The notes: generated by a model not told the origin, from the letters alone. DNA of 64,000 nt from Eledone cirrhosa (GCA_964016885.1 OZ024740.1:185504001-185568000), one strand, 5' to 3'; positions 9,466 through 22,373 are shown, counted from the first letter of the stretch. Translations and numbers: made by a program.

Positions 9466-12400
9466 AATTTCATTCTTAAGCCACGCAATGCTCACATTAA
9501 GGAACCACTCATGATAATAACAATTTAAAAAAAACAACAAAAAGAAAACCCCGTGACCAAGAAATACCGGGATGGCGGCCGACGGGGAATAGCCATGTCT
9601 CTAGGGGAGAACGACCCCTCTAGTCTTGGTTGACACTCGTTCTAGAAGTGGTAACACGAAAAGATTACCCCTTGGCGGATAAGGATAAAACGCGACAAAA
9701 TAAAGTAGATGTCTAATGATGAAATCTCATACCGGATCGGCCGTCACCCGGGTAAAAAAGGGCCGCGTCCCTCAGAGAGGAACCAGACTGGGGTCGAAAA
9801 ATCAGCTAATGGTTCAAACCTTCCCATCACTTCGGAGCTGGAGACCTCCCATAACCGGAATACTCCTACTGTTGGCCCTCCATGCTCACCACCAAGAAAT
9901 CCAAAGAAAAAGAGAGAAAAATGGTCAAGGGAAGATAATAAAGAAGTCCTTGAGGCTTTCTACACTGCCATGTACTACCCATCAAATACATCGAATACAG
10001 AGCAAACATATATCAACTGGAAAAAGAAACATCCCGAAAACAGAGGCTATATTGACAGTAACAAACTAGCCAATATACGAAGAAATATTGTAAGAAAAAA
10101 GTTACTAACTGATATAGAAATTGATCAGATCAAGCTAGTAGCACAAAGTCAGCGAAGGGAAAATGAAGCATGTGTCAGTGAAAACGAGGTAAACTGTAAC
10201 ACTTCGAATCCCAGAGTTGGGGCGGAATCACTGGCAACAGAACAAATTAAAGAAAGGAGCGAAAAAGTGGAGGGAGTGCATGCTCAGGATGAAACTCCAA
10301 ATGAAAATAATGAGATCGTAAATGATAAAGAAATGAATGAGAATGAACTTGCCAACTTGAAGGATGAAATTATGATCGAATGGATGAAAATGAAAGAATC
10401 TGACATGGGGGAATGAGACACCCTCCCTAAGATCCAGAACTCTAAACAGAACCAAAAGATAATACACAAGACTAACATAATTCTCAAAAACATTATCATC
10501 ACAAACAAACTAAACATTACTGACTTAAATCATCTCTATTATGCATCGGCTAAAGTCACCACTCACTTATGTGGAGTGAAGATGAAAAAACAAAGGAATT
10601 CCCACAAGAAATCTACTTGGCAAGATAACATCAATCGCCAAATAAACCTTCTCCGATCTGACATAGAAATTTTAACAAACTATAAAGTAGGTGAACATGT
10701 TAAACAAACTAAACTTAGAAAATTGAAAAAAAAGTACAGTATAAGATCAACATGTGACATAGACATGCTGATAGAAACAATCAAGCAAAAAGTGTCGGCC
10801 AAAGCTGCTCGTATAAGGCGCTTTGAAAAACGATCTAGATTCTATAAGGACAATAATATGTTCAAAAACAACCAAAGAAACTTCTACAGAAAAATTGGTA
10901 AGTCAACAATAACTGCTAAATCAATACCACCCAAGGAGGAAGTGCAAGAATTCTGGGAAAAGATCTGGGCCGAAGAAAAAGTTCATAACATACATGCCCC
11001 ATGGATAGACAGACAAATGAAAGAAACAGCTCACCTTGAAGAACAAACATGGGAAAATATAACAGTTGAACAGCTGCGCTTGGCTCTAAGAAAAACCAGC
11101 AAATGGAAATCCCCAGGAAAAGACAAAATACAAAACTTTTGGATAAATGCCTTCACAAAGTCTCATGAGCTGTTAGCCCAACTTTACAATGAAATAGTTA
11201 AGGAGCCAGAAAAGATACCATCATGGCTAGTTAACGGCATTACATTCCTGCTACCGAAGAATGATGAGACAAACAATCCCAAAAATTACAGACCGATAAC
11301 CTGCTTGACCACAATGTATACAATTTTAACATCAGTCCTAACTGAATACACATATGACCACCTGATAACAAATGATCTATTTCCCATTGAGCAGAAAGGG
11401 TGTAAACGAGGCTCATATGGCTGTAAGGATCAGCTTCTGGTTAACAAAATGATACTGGAAGATTGTCATAATAGACACAAAAATCTATCGATTGCTTGGA
11501 TAGATTATAAAAAAGCATTTGATAGTTTGCCACACAGTTGGATTGAAAAATGTTTAGAGATTTTCAAAATATCCCCCGTTATCAGGAGGTTTTTGTCATT
11601 CAGTATGAGGACATGGAGAACGACACTCCTTTTGAATAGTGAAACAAAATCACTGGAAGCTGGAGAAGTTAACATTAATTGTGGAATATTTCAGGGTGAC
11701 TCTTTATCACCGCTTTTATTCTGCATCGCACTTATACCATTAAGTAAAATGCTCAATGAAACAAAACATGGATATAGAGTCTATGACAAAACCATTAATC
11801 ACCTGTTCTACATGGATGACCTGAAACTATTTGCAAAAAATGATGAACAATTGCAAGGGCTATTATCCACTGTGAAGCAGTTCAGTGATGACATTAAAAT
11901 GGAGTTTGGACTGGATAAATGCGCCAAAGCAACGTTCACCAGAGGAAAGCTGCTGAAGAGTTCAGACATTAATCTTGATCGGGGGAACGTGATAAGAGAG
12001 CTTGATCAAGAACAAACTTACAAATATCTAGGTGTTTGTGAAGGAGACGGAATCAAGCACTCGACAATGAGGGAAAGGATAAGGAAGGAATGTTACCGCA
12101 GAGTCAGAGCAATCTTAAGAACGGAATTGAATGCAAGGAATAGGATCGATGCCATAAACACGCTTGCCATACCAGTAGTAACCTACAGTTACAATGTCAT
12201 CAACTGGTCAAGCACAGAGATCCGTAGGCTCGATACAAAAATCCGAAAATTCTTAACCATGCACAGAATGCATCACCCTAAGGCAGATATAGATATAATA
12301 TATCTCCCTAGGAAAGAAGGAGGACGTGGGTTAATCCAGTTAGACATTGCGTTGAAAACTGCAACAATTGGATTATCCACATATCTAAGGGAATCACATG

Positions 12401-13527
12401 ATTGGATGATCAAACTCGTTTTGAAACACGAAAGCACCAAAAGATCATATTCCATTACAAAAGATGCACAAAGATACAGTAATGGACTACAAATTTCAGA
12501 AGTCCCATTTACTGCTGAAATGGAAAACACAGAAAAAGCAAAGCAGGTAAAAGTAACTGCAAAGAAAGAACTGCTACAGAAACTGGCTAAGAAATGGCAA
12601 GAAAAGCCTCTGTATGGAAAATACCCAGAGCGAGCTAACAATCCTGATGTTGACAAAACTTTAACCCATCAGTGGTTGGCATCCTCTGGACTGAAATCGG
12701 AGACTGAAGGACTGATTATATCCGCACAAGATCAGTGTCTGCCAACAAAAAATTACCAAGCCAACATAATAAAAAAATGGGTGCAGCCCATTATGCCGTG
12801 TATGCAAAAAACAACCAGAGACCATTGACCATATAATTTCAATGTGCAGTCCTATAGCTCCAACCGAATACCTAAACAGGCATGACAGAGCTGCACAATA
12901 CATACATTGGATAATGTGTAAGCATTTTGACCTGCCCCATCAAAAGAATTGGTGGGAGCATCAACCACCTCCCATACTTGAAAAAGATCACATCTCAATC
13001 TTGTGGAACTTTAGCATCCAAACAGACCGAAAAATAGATGCAAATAGACCTGATATAATATTGAAGGACTTTCAAAGGAGGGTATGCCTGCTAATTGACA
13101 TGTCTGTTCCAATAGACAAGAATGTATCTATAAAAACATTTGAAAAATTGAGCAAGTATAAGGACCTGGAGATAGAAATTGGAAAAATGTGGAAATTGAG
13201 AACTAAAACAATACCAGTGGTTGTAGGCGCTCTGGGAATGATACCTAAGGGGTCTAACGACTACTTATCGCAAATCGCAGGAAACCCGCGTATAGGAGAA
13301 ATACAAAAGATAGTACTAATGGGAACTGCCCATATACTAAGGAAGATCCTGTCAATATAAGTACATCACAAGTCTAAACACTAAGGATGCATGTGTGAAT
13401 ATGTGTGTTCTTTCTTGAACATGGCGGACCTTGTTGTCTCTTGAGGTCACTGGTTGTGACTTGGTGATAACTCGTATAAACATAAAGCAAGATAAATGCA
13501 AATAATAATAATAATAATAATAATAAT
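9466..13527 (+). mobile_element. Full-length R4/Dong-like LINE, family A (copy A2)
   Basis: 5' UTR shared with the copy at 42139, a single RT-CCHC-RLE ORF, 3' UTR and (AAT)n tail. Confidence 0.93.
9709..13360 (+). pseudogene. Family A RT-RLE polyprotein with one premature stop (10414-10416) and one +1 frameshift in an A-run near 12771-12777
   Basis: ORFs starting at 9709 and 10576 share a frame. Motifs WKSPGKD, IDYKKAFDS, QGDSLSP, YMDD, CRVC..ETIDHIISMC, RPDII..LIDMS. Confidence 0.9.
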
Positions 13528-14056
13528 AAGGGGTCTAACGACTACTTATCGCAAATCCCAGGAAACCCGCGTATAGGAGAAATACAAAAGATAGTACTAA
13601 TGGGAACTGCCCATATACTAAGGAAGATCCTGTCAATATAAGTACATCACAAGTCTAAACACTAAGGATGCATGTGTGAATATGTGTGTTCTTTCTTGAA
13701 CATGGCGGACCTTGTTGTCTCTTGAGGTCACTGGTTGTGACTTGGTGATAACTCGTATAAACATAAAGCAAGATAAATGCAAATAATAATAATAATAATA
13801 ATAAGGGGTCTAACGACTACTTATCGCAAATCCCAGGAAACCCGCGTATAGGAGAAATACAAACGATAGTACTAATGGGAACTGCCCATATACTAAGGAA
13901 GATCCTGTCAATATAAGTACATCACAAGTCTAAACACTAAGGATGCATGTGTGAATATGTATGTTCTTTCTTGAACATGGCGGACCGTGTTGTCTCTTGA
14001 GGTCACTGGTTGTGACTTGGTGATAACTCGTATAAACATAAAGCAAGATAAATGCA

Positions 14057-14103
<47 letters not shown>
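13528..14103 (+). repeat. Two extra tandem copies (about 275 bp) of the family A 3' end, each ending in (AAT)n
   Basis: Units start AAGGGGTCTAACGACTAC at about 13528 and 13803 and copy 13247-13527. Confidence 0.95.
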
Positions 14104-14104
<1 letters not shown>

Positions 14105-14243
14105 CTGGGAACAGCAAGAACCCTCCGATATTTCCTGAATATCTGAGGCTGCAGGTAGTGGCTTGATATTCATTCCAACGGACTTTCCAATTAACTAACA
14201 TCAATGACTGACATTCAAGGAATAATAATGATAATAATAATAA
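14104..14243 (+). mobile_element. Family B R4/Dong-like 3' fragment with (AAT)n tail
   Basis: Near-identical to 37564-37708. Confidence 0.9.
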
Positions 14244-14401
14244 TGATTTCTTTATTAACCACAAGGGTTTACATAAAGTAGACATTAAGGACAGTGTAGG
14301 ACAATACAGGACGGTACAAATGGGCATTTCTGCGTGTAAAAAACAAAAACAGAGGATGTAACAAAAAATAACAATGAAAAATTCCCCAATAGGGGGGAGA
14401 C

Positions 14402-14403
<2 letters not shown>
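14244..14403 (-). mobile_element. Tx1-like 3' UTR fragment flanked by (AAT)n on both sides
   Basis: Near-identical to 2558-2728. Confidence 0.9.
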
Positions 14404-14466
<63 letters not shown>

Positions 14467-14504
14467 AAGAAGACGAAGAAGAAGAAGAAGAAGAAGAAGA
14501 AAAA

Positions 14505-14985
14505 AAAATTGATTTTCACATATATGTTCGCTCAGAGAGGACAGTTCATGTCCCTGTCCATGGTTCTCTGCTAATAGCTTGGTTACGACTGGTATAGTCA
14601 GGAATTAGCAACTCAATAACTCTGAATCTTCTTTTTTGCAAAAAATCAAGGTCGATGTTGATGACTTCTTCCAGATATCTTTAGAAACAATCAAGTCCCC
14701 CCTCCCGTCGTCCACCCCGATCAATTCTAAGGTCACCCGGCCTTCCAAACCAATCCCAGACAGACCTTGCAACCACTCTTCAATGGGTCACTCACAGCGA
14801 TCTGGCACCACAACTATCCCCTACATCCACCTCATTCTTCTTCTCATCTCGCCTCCTTCTTCTACCCTCTCCTCCACCTTCTCCCCCAACTACTACCAGT
14901 CATAACTAAGCTATTAAGAGAGAACCATGGACAGAGAAATGAATTTACTTCTCTGAATGAACATGTATGCGAAAATTGATTTTTC
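14505..14985. repeat. Fold-back element with about 90-bp imperfect inverted arms
   Basis: 14505-14598 is the reverse complement of about 14890-14985 (for example CTGTCCATGGTTCTCT / AGAGAACCATGGACAG). Confidence 0.8.
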
Positions 14986-15222
14986 TTCCTCTTTTTATTT
15001 TTATTATTATTATAATAACTATTTGTACAAATACGCAACTTAACGAGACTCTGCATATGCGCAATTGACAGTGCTTATAATGCTGAAAGCGGTATTGTAA
15101 TTAAATTAATGTTTTGATATTTCACTGAATGAATCTCTTCAACATTTTCTACTGAGAAAATCTTTTTCATTTCTACTATTTGTTTATTTATATATCAACA
15201 CGTGTGTTACTTTTCTAAATTC

Positions 15223-15259
<37 letters not shown>

Positions 15260-15278
15260 TTTTATATATTGTTATACA

Positions 15279-15470
15279 TGGTCCAGTCAATGGTAACATT
15301 GAGGACCGAATAAATTAAATTAACCGATATAAAATACACAGAAGCGAAAACCGACCAAACAGTTAGTGTCTTCTGTTATTAATTCTGGCAATATTATTAC
15401 ACAAATATGATCATCCCAAGTATAACAATATCTGTTTCGACACACGATTTCATATCAAGCATCTCGCAAA
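15279..15470. repeat. Dispersed repeat 'X' (probable Penelope-like terminus)
   Basis: Homologous to 25304-25457, to 24945-25130 (reverse) and to 46290-46380. Confidence 0.75.
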
Positions 15471-15491
15471 ACTAATTCATCGCGTTATACT

Positions 15492-16238
<747 letters not shown>

Positions 16239-16354
16239 AATTGTTTCTACTTTTTGGCACAAGGCCACCAATTACCCAGTGCATTACTGGTACTTTATTT
16301 TATCGACCCCGTAAGGATGAAAGGCAAAGTCAACCTCAGCGGGATTTGAACTCA
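16239..16354 (-). mobile_element. SINE, 5'-truncated
   Basis: Matches 2300-2415 (box B, core, tail). Confidence 0.85.
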
Positions 16355-16355
16355 T

Positions 16356-16999
<644 letters not shown>

Positions 17000-17130
17000 G
17001 TAAAGTTATATTTAAAATTGTTGGGTTACAACTAGTAAATATTTATAACTGATATAAAAGCACTCGACAAATACTTGGAGTATATTTACAATATTAAATA
17101 AATGGAAAACTATATTTATAAAACCATATT

Positions 17131-17196
17131 TATTTCATTATATATATTTCAGGGATATCATATTAACAATATGCTATGCCTTCATCAGACAAAATA
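17131..17196 (-). ncRNA. Type I hammerhead ribozyme motif
   Basis: TATTTTGT-CTGATGA-[AGGCATAGCATATT GTT AATATGATATCCCT]-GAAA-TATATA-TA-ATGAAATA. Core intact; stems I and II pair; stem III is palindromic. Confidence 0.8.
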
Positions 17197-17560
17197 CAAT
17201 ATAAACAGTTTTATAGATAAATATATTCGACATACCGTAATAAACATCAACTTCATTTGAAGAGGTTCACTCTAGCAGTGAAAATACAGAGAGAAAGAAA
17301 GAGAGAGAGAAAAGAGGGAAATAAGAAAGAAAGAAAGACAAAACGAAGAAAGGAAGAAAAAGAAGAAAAAGAAGAAATGCATGGGACAAAATAGAGAGAT
17401 GGAAAAATAGATAAAGCGAAGAGCTTCATGTAAAGAGACCGAAAGAGATATATATATATATAGAGAGAGAGAGGAAATAGAGATAGATACATATATAAAT
17501 ATAGATATAGGAAAATTAGGTAGTGGGAGGTCATTTTGAGTAAGTGTATCAATGATACAT

Positions 17561-17599
<39 letters not shown>

Positions 17600-17787
17600 G
17601 CTCAAGTATTAATGTAAGGGAGATATATAGAGAGATATAGAGAGATATAGAGAGAGAAAAAATTTCCCTCTTTTCTCTCTCTCTTTCTTTCTCTCTGTAT
17701 TTTCACTGCTAGAGTGAACCTCTTCAAATGAAGTTGATGTTTATTACGGTATGTCGAATATATTTATCTATAAAACTGTTTATATTG

Positions 17788-17853
17788 TATTTTGTCTGAT
17801 GAAGGCATAGCATATTGTTAATATGATATCCCCGAAATATATATAATGAAATA
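17788..17853 (+). ncRNA. Type I hammerhead ribozyme motif (inverted copy)
   Basis: CTGATGA at 17796 and GAAA at 17834; same fold as 17131-17196. Confidence 0.75.
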
Positions 17854-17886
17854 AATATGGTTTTATAAATATAGTTTTCCATTTAT

Positions 17887-17895
<9 letters not shown>

Positions 17896-17951
<56 letters not shown>

Positions 17952-17982
17952 ATACATATATATATTTATATATATATATATA

Positions 17983-18020
<38 letters not shown>

Positions 18021-18040
18021 CATATATATATATATATATA

Positions 18041-18080
<40 letters not shown>

Positions 18081-18206
18081 CATATATATATATATATATA
18101 TATATAATACATATATATATATATATATATATATAATACATATATATATATATATATATATATAATACATATATATATATATATATATAATACATATATA
18201 TATATA

Positions 18207-18274
<68 letters not shown>

Positions 18275-18300
18275 TACATATATATATATATATATATATA
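17896..18300. repeat. Complex (TA)n/ATACA satellite
   Basis: Same unit as 16356-16999. Confidence 0.95.
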
Positions 18301-18464
18301 TTTATTAAAATAACAGATTAAAGTTTAAGCAAAGAATCGCTGCTTTCACCCTTAACGGGATCTTCTGAAACTTAATAAATATTTGCTCTACTGTTCTTAT
18401 ATTTTTTATATATATTTATCCTTATCGAGCCCTCTTTGGATTTAAGTCTTCAAATTTATTATTA

Positions 18465-18527
<63 letters not shown>

Positions 18528-18686
18528 ATAATAATAAATTTGAAGACTAAAATACAAAGGGGGCTCGATAAGGATAAATATATAAAAAAATATAAGAACC
18601 GTTGAGCAAATATTTATTAAGTTTCAGAATATCCCGTTAAGGGTGAAAGTAGCGATTCTTTGCTTAAACTTTAATCTGTTATTTTA

Positions 18687-18691
<5 letters not shown>
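18301..18691. repeat. Inverted repeat with about 165-bp arms around a (TA)n spacer; each arm has a hammerhead-like motif
   Basis: 18301-18467 is the reverse complement of 18527-18691. Confidence 0.9.
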
Positions 18692-18744
<53 letters not shown>

Positions 18745-18748
<4 letters not shown>

Positions 18749-21050
18749 ACAATGAAATAAAAACAAAGAACAAGTTCCTTATATTAAATAATTCATCATT
18801 TTACGATCGTTTCTAGGATGTATATGTGTATTGGTATGTATATCATATAGATCTATATAAAAATATTACAAATTATCAGAGGAAATATACATACCTTCAC
18901 ATATAGATGCTGTCTTCAGAAATTATGGGATTTGTTTATTGAAAAAAATCAACAAAGATTTAATATAAAAGGTCTGTTTGGCAACAGGTTTTGAATTGAC
19001 CAATAGAAAAGTAGTTAGAGGTCAAGTTGATAGAATAGTGGTAGTAGAAATTTAATTGAGGGGTAGAGGAGTGCAGACTTATGTTTTGAATGAAATGAAT
19101 ACTTTGGGGATGAAAACAGGTAAAGCCAGTGAAGAGTACACGAACTTTTGATGTTATTAAAGAATAATGTTAAAAACGAAGGAAAATAACATTTTAGGGT
19201 AAGGGTATTAGTGGGAAATACCAATCTTATTTAAACTACAAGGAATCTAGATCTATAACAAGAAATTAAATTCATTGATGGGTATACTTATAAGGATACA
19301 TTTATATTAATTTATATGAATGTGATAAATAAGAATTAGATGTTATTAAAGAGTGTTGTTAAAAAACGAAGCCAAGTAACCTTTTGGGATAATGGTAGTA
19401 GTGAGAAATACCAATCTTATATAAGCTACAAGGAATCTAGTTTCATAACAGGAAATTGAATTAATTTATATGTATACTTTTAGGTATTAATTTTATGAAA
19501 AGAGACCTGTAAGAGGGAAATAAAATTATGAAGTTTTTTTTAGTAAAGTACTAATTATAGGTTAACTAAATTTAAAAAAAAAAAAAATAATAATACGTAA
19601 AATATAAGTGTAAGCTGTATATTAATTAGGTTTATAATATTTGAAGGTTCTTCTAATTCTATGATTGCAAGATATAATTAATTCCTGTCGGTTATTTAAT
19701 AGGATATCCTTAGATTTCATGATTTCAAAAAGTTCCTGGGAGCATAACCTACACTCGTATCTGTTATTTTGATAAGGGGTGGCCCTTTTGAGAACACTCT
19801 AGGTCAGGTTGTAATCGATATTCTTCTTTCTATAATTATTAATTGTTGTATTAGCTAATGCAGCATTTTTAAAACTATGTTTGTGGGTATTAAATATTAC
19901 TTTAAATTGGTTAGACGTATCTCCTATATATGAAAAAGTGGAGTCGTTAGTGCTAATTTTACATTTATAGACTATGTTATTAATAAGGCAATTTCCCTTT
20001 AATGGGCAATTTCTTTTGATTCTACATTTACAACCATTCGTGAATATTATATCAGGGGATTTAGTCAAATTTGGTGTGGAATGTACGCGACTTGTTATAG
20101 GTGAAGGAGATGGTGTTTTGTTGCGGTTTATTTTAGTATTATGGTTGGTTTAATGTGTTGGTGGTATATTTGTGTTTTTTTTTTTACATTTATATGCGTT
20201 GTACGCACTCATATTTTGTTGTATATTTTTGGTAGTGGAGTAGGACAATTTGACAGTTGATCTATTTAAAAGTTGATGGTATTTATGATTTGGCGGGAAG
20301 TTTTTCTCTAGTATAGTAAACATTTTTTGGGGGATATTATCTTTAATTTGTAGATTAAATGCAGCATTATACCAAGTAACCCGTCTATTATGGTTTCGAT
20401 ATTGTTTTTTTATATTTATACGATGTATCAGTATCTTTACTAAGAGAGTTACTATTAGTGAATTTATTATATATAGGTTTAGTTAGATTAACTAATTTAG
20501 GTGCTTTAGTCTGATTACTAGGAATTTTGTTAATAATGTTGTTAACATATATTGGAGTATTAGGATGAATGGTTTTTTGAAAGTCATTATATTTTATGTG
20601 AGAAGAGGTAGAGAAATTAAGTTTTAGGTTGGTATTTTGGGGTGTAGTTTTTCATTTGTTGTTTGTTGGTAATATTAGGTTGTATGTTTGAAGTGTTATT
20701 GGTGCAAGGTATATAGACTAATTTGTTTTTGTGGCCGCTTCTAGCTAAAGCTGCGTTATAAAAGGGCGCGTTTTATCGAATACATCCTGGTTAGATGAAA
20801 GGTTAGAGATTCTGAGTGAGCTATTATATGTTAGGTTTTAAGGAAAGATCTAGGGTGATTGGATTGTGAGTGTATGTAATGTACGTTTTGGTTAGGTTTA
20901 TGGTAAGGTTGGTACATACCCGTAGATAGGTCTAAAGTTATATCTAGGAAATTGACTATTTTACAGGTGTTTTCAAATGTATATAGTGAGATTGTAATAG
21001 TCTTTGAGGAAAGTTCTAATAAGTTTTTTTATTTTTTTTAATTTCTGATA
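18745..21050 (-). mobile_element. Decayed, 5'-truncated Naiad-type Penelope-like element
   Basis: Minus strand near 20860-20980 reads FENTCKIVNFLDITLDLSTGMYQPYHKPNQNVHYIHSQSNHP (PLE RT C-terminus). 19799-20068 reads CKCR..NCPLKGNC..IVY..YIG..FK (GIY-YIG). A hammerhead sits at the 3' end. Confidence 0.85.
18794..18928 (-). ncRNA. Hammerhead ribozyme motif with a very long stem II
   Basis: CATAATTT-CTGAAGA-[about 100-nt hairpin]-GAAA-CGATCG-TA-AAATGATG. Confidence 0.7.
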
Positions 21051-21106
21051 GGCTATATATAGTAAGAGAAAATAAAAAGCGCTTATAACATCAATTAATT
21101 TTTATT

Positions 21107-21153
21107 CGCTGCTAGTGTTTCATCCATACCATGGGGCAGGACTCATCAGAGCG
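21107..21153 (-). ncRNA. Degenerate hammerhead motif (terminus of another Penelope-like family)
   Basis: CGCT-CTGATGA-GTCC...GGAT-GAAAC-ACTAGC-AGCG-AATAAA. The NUH cleavage site is not intact. Confidence 0.55.
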
Positions 21154-22309
21154 TTGAAAACAAAAATACAATAATGAAGATAAGCTCTACCGACCTACAT
21201 CATAAGAACAATAGATATATTGTACAGAATCATAGGATAATATTGAAAATTGATATGATACATCATAAGGTTGTTAGTCAGAGTAAGGAAAAATAAGGAA
21301 AAATAAAATAAACTGAAGTAATCTCACAAGAGATAGATGCATGTGAAGAAATCAGTCAAGGCAATAAAGAAAAAAGAAAAAAAGAAAGAATACTCAAAAA
21401 TAAAAATAATAAAATAAAGAATAAAAAAAATAATAATAATAACAATTAATTAAACAATAGTTAAAAAATCAAAAAATCAAAAAATCAAAATAAATAATTA
21501 AAAAAAATAAAAAGATATTAAAAAAAAATACATATTAAAAAAATATATATATTAAAAAATATATTTAAAAAATATATATTAAAAAAATATATATTAAAAA
21601 GATAATAATAATTTAAAATAATTTAAAATAATTAAAAAATAATAATAAAAAAATAAAAAAATAAAAAATAAAAGTAAAAATATATAAAAAAATCGAAATT
21701 AAAAACTAATTAAAAAATCATGAAAAAAATATATATTTAACTAAATAATTAACAAAAGAGAGGGGAAGGCATATATGCATATGAGGGCACACAAACGCAA
21801 GGCGAGGAAGCATGCATTGGTCACAGTCGAATAGATATAGGCCAGATGATTTCCCATGACAAAGAGTCTTGTGCCCTATAGTTTCACAGGGTGAGCCACA
21901 GTGCATTCGAATGTTACAGTTGTCGAAGTAGGGATATCCAGCAGATAAATTACGATATGACTAGGCATATAGGGAAGTGCCATATAGCTCTTAAAGTATG
22001 GCAATAAGGTTCAGAGGGGATTTAGTATTCTCCAACTTCAGCACGGTAAGGGTAACCCTAAGATAGTGGAGCTGTGCGGATAAGAGGTGTTAGTCTTGCA
22101 TATTGATGGGTACAGTACAGGCAGAATCAGGAACCCAAGCAAAACAGGGTAAGTGTATAGAAGAAGTGAAGCAGTCAATTCACAACGAGAAATTCATAAC
22201 ATACAATTCATACATGGTTTAAACAATGTTTGAGGCAAGGGGAACAAAAAAACATATATATATCGTCAGCAGGTTGTAACTCACGAAATTTCACAACATA
22301 TATAGACAC

Positions 22310-22373
<64 letters not shown>

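Larger units (their letters stand above)
17000..17895 (-). mobile_element. Penelope-like element 3' terminus with inverted duplication (arms about 17090-17322 and 17662-17895)
   Basis: Near-perfect inverted arms, each containing a hammerhead. The terminal sequence is homologous to the termini of the GIY-YIG element at 52276-55352. Confidence 0.8.

Noticed and set aside
13528-14103. Repeat-spacer-like array resembling CRISPR
   Set aside because: The units are near-identical LINE 3' ends separated by (AAT)n; there are no unique spacers or cas genes, and the context is eukaryotic.
22210-22275. CTGACGA on the minus strand as a hammerhead
   Set aside because: No GAAA or NUH with matching stems (the best candidate is GAAT).
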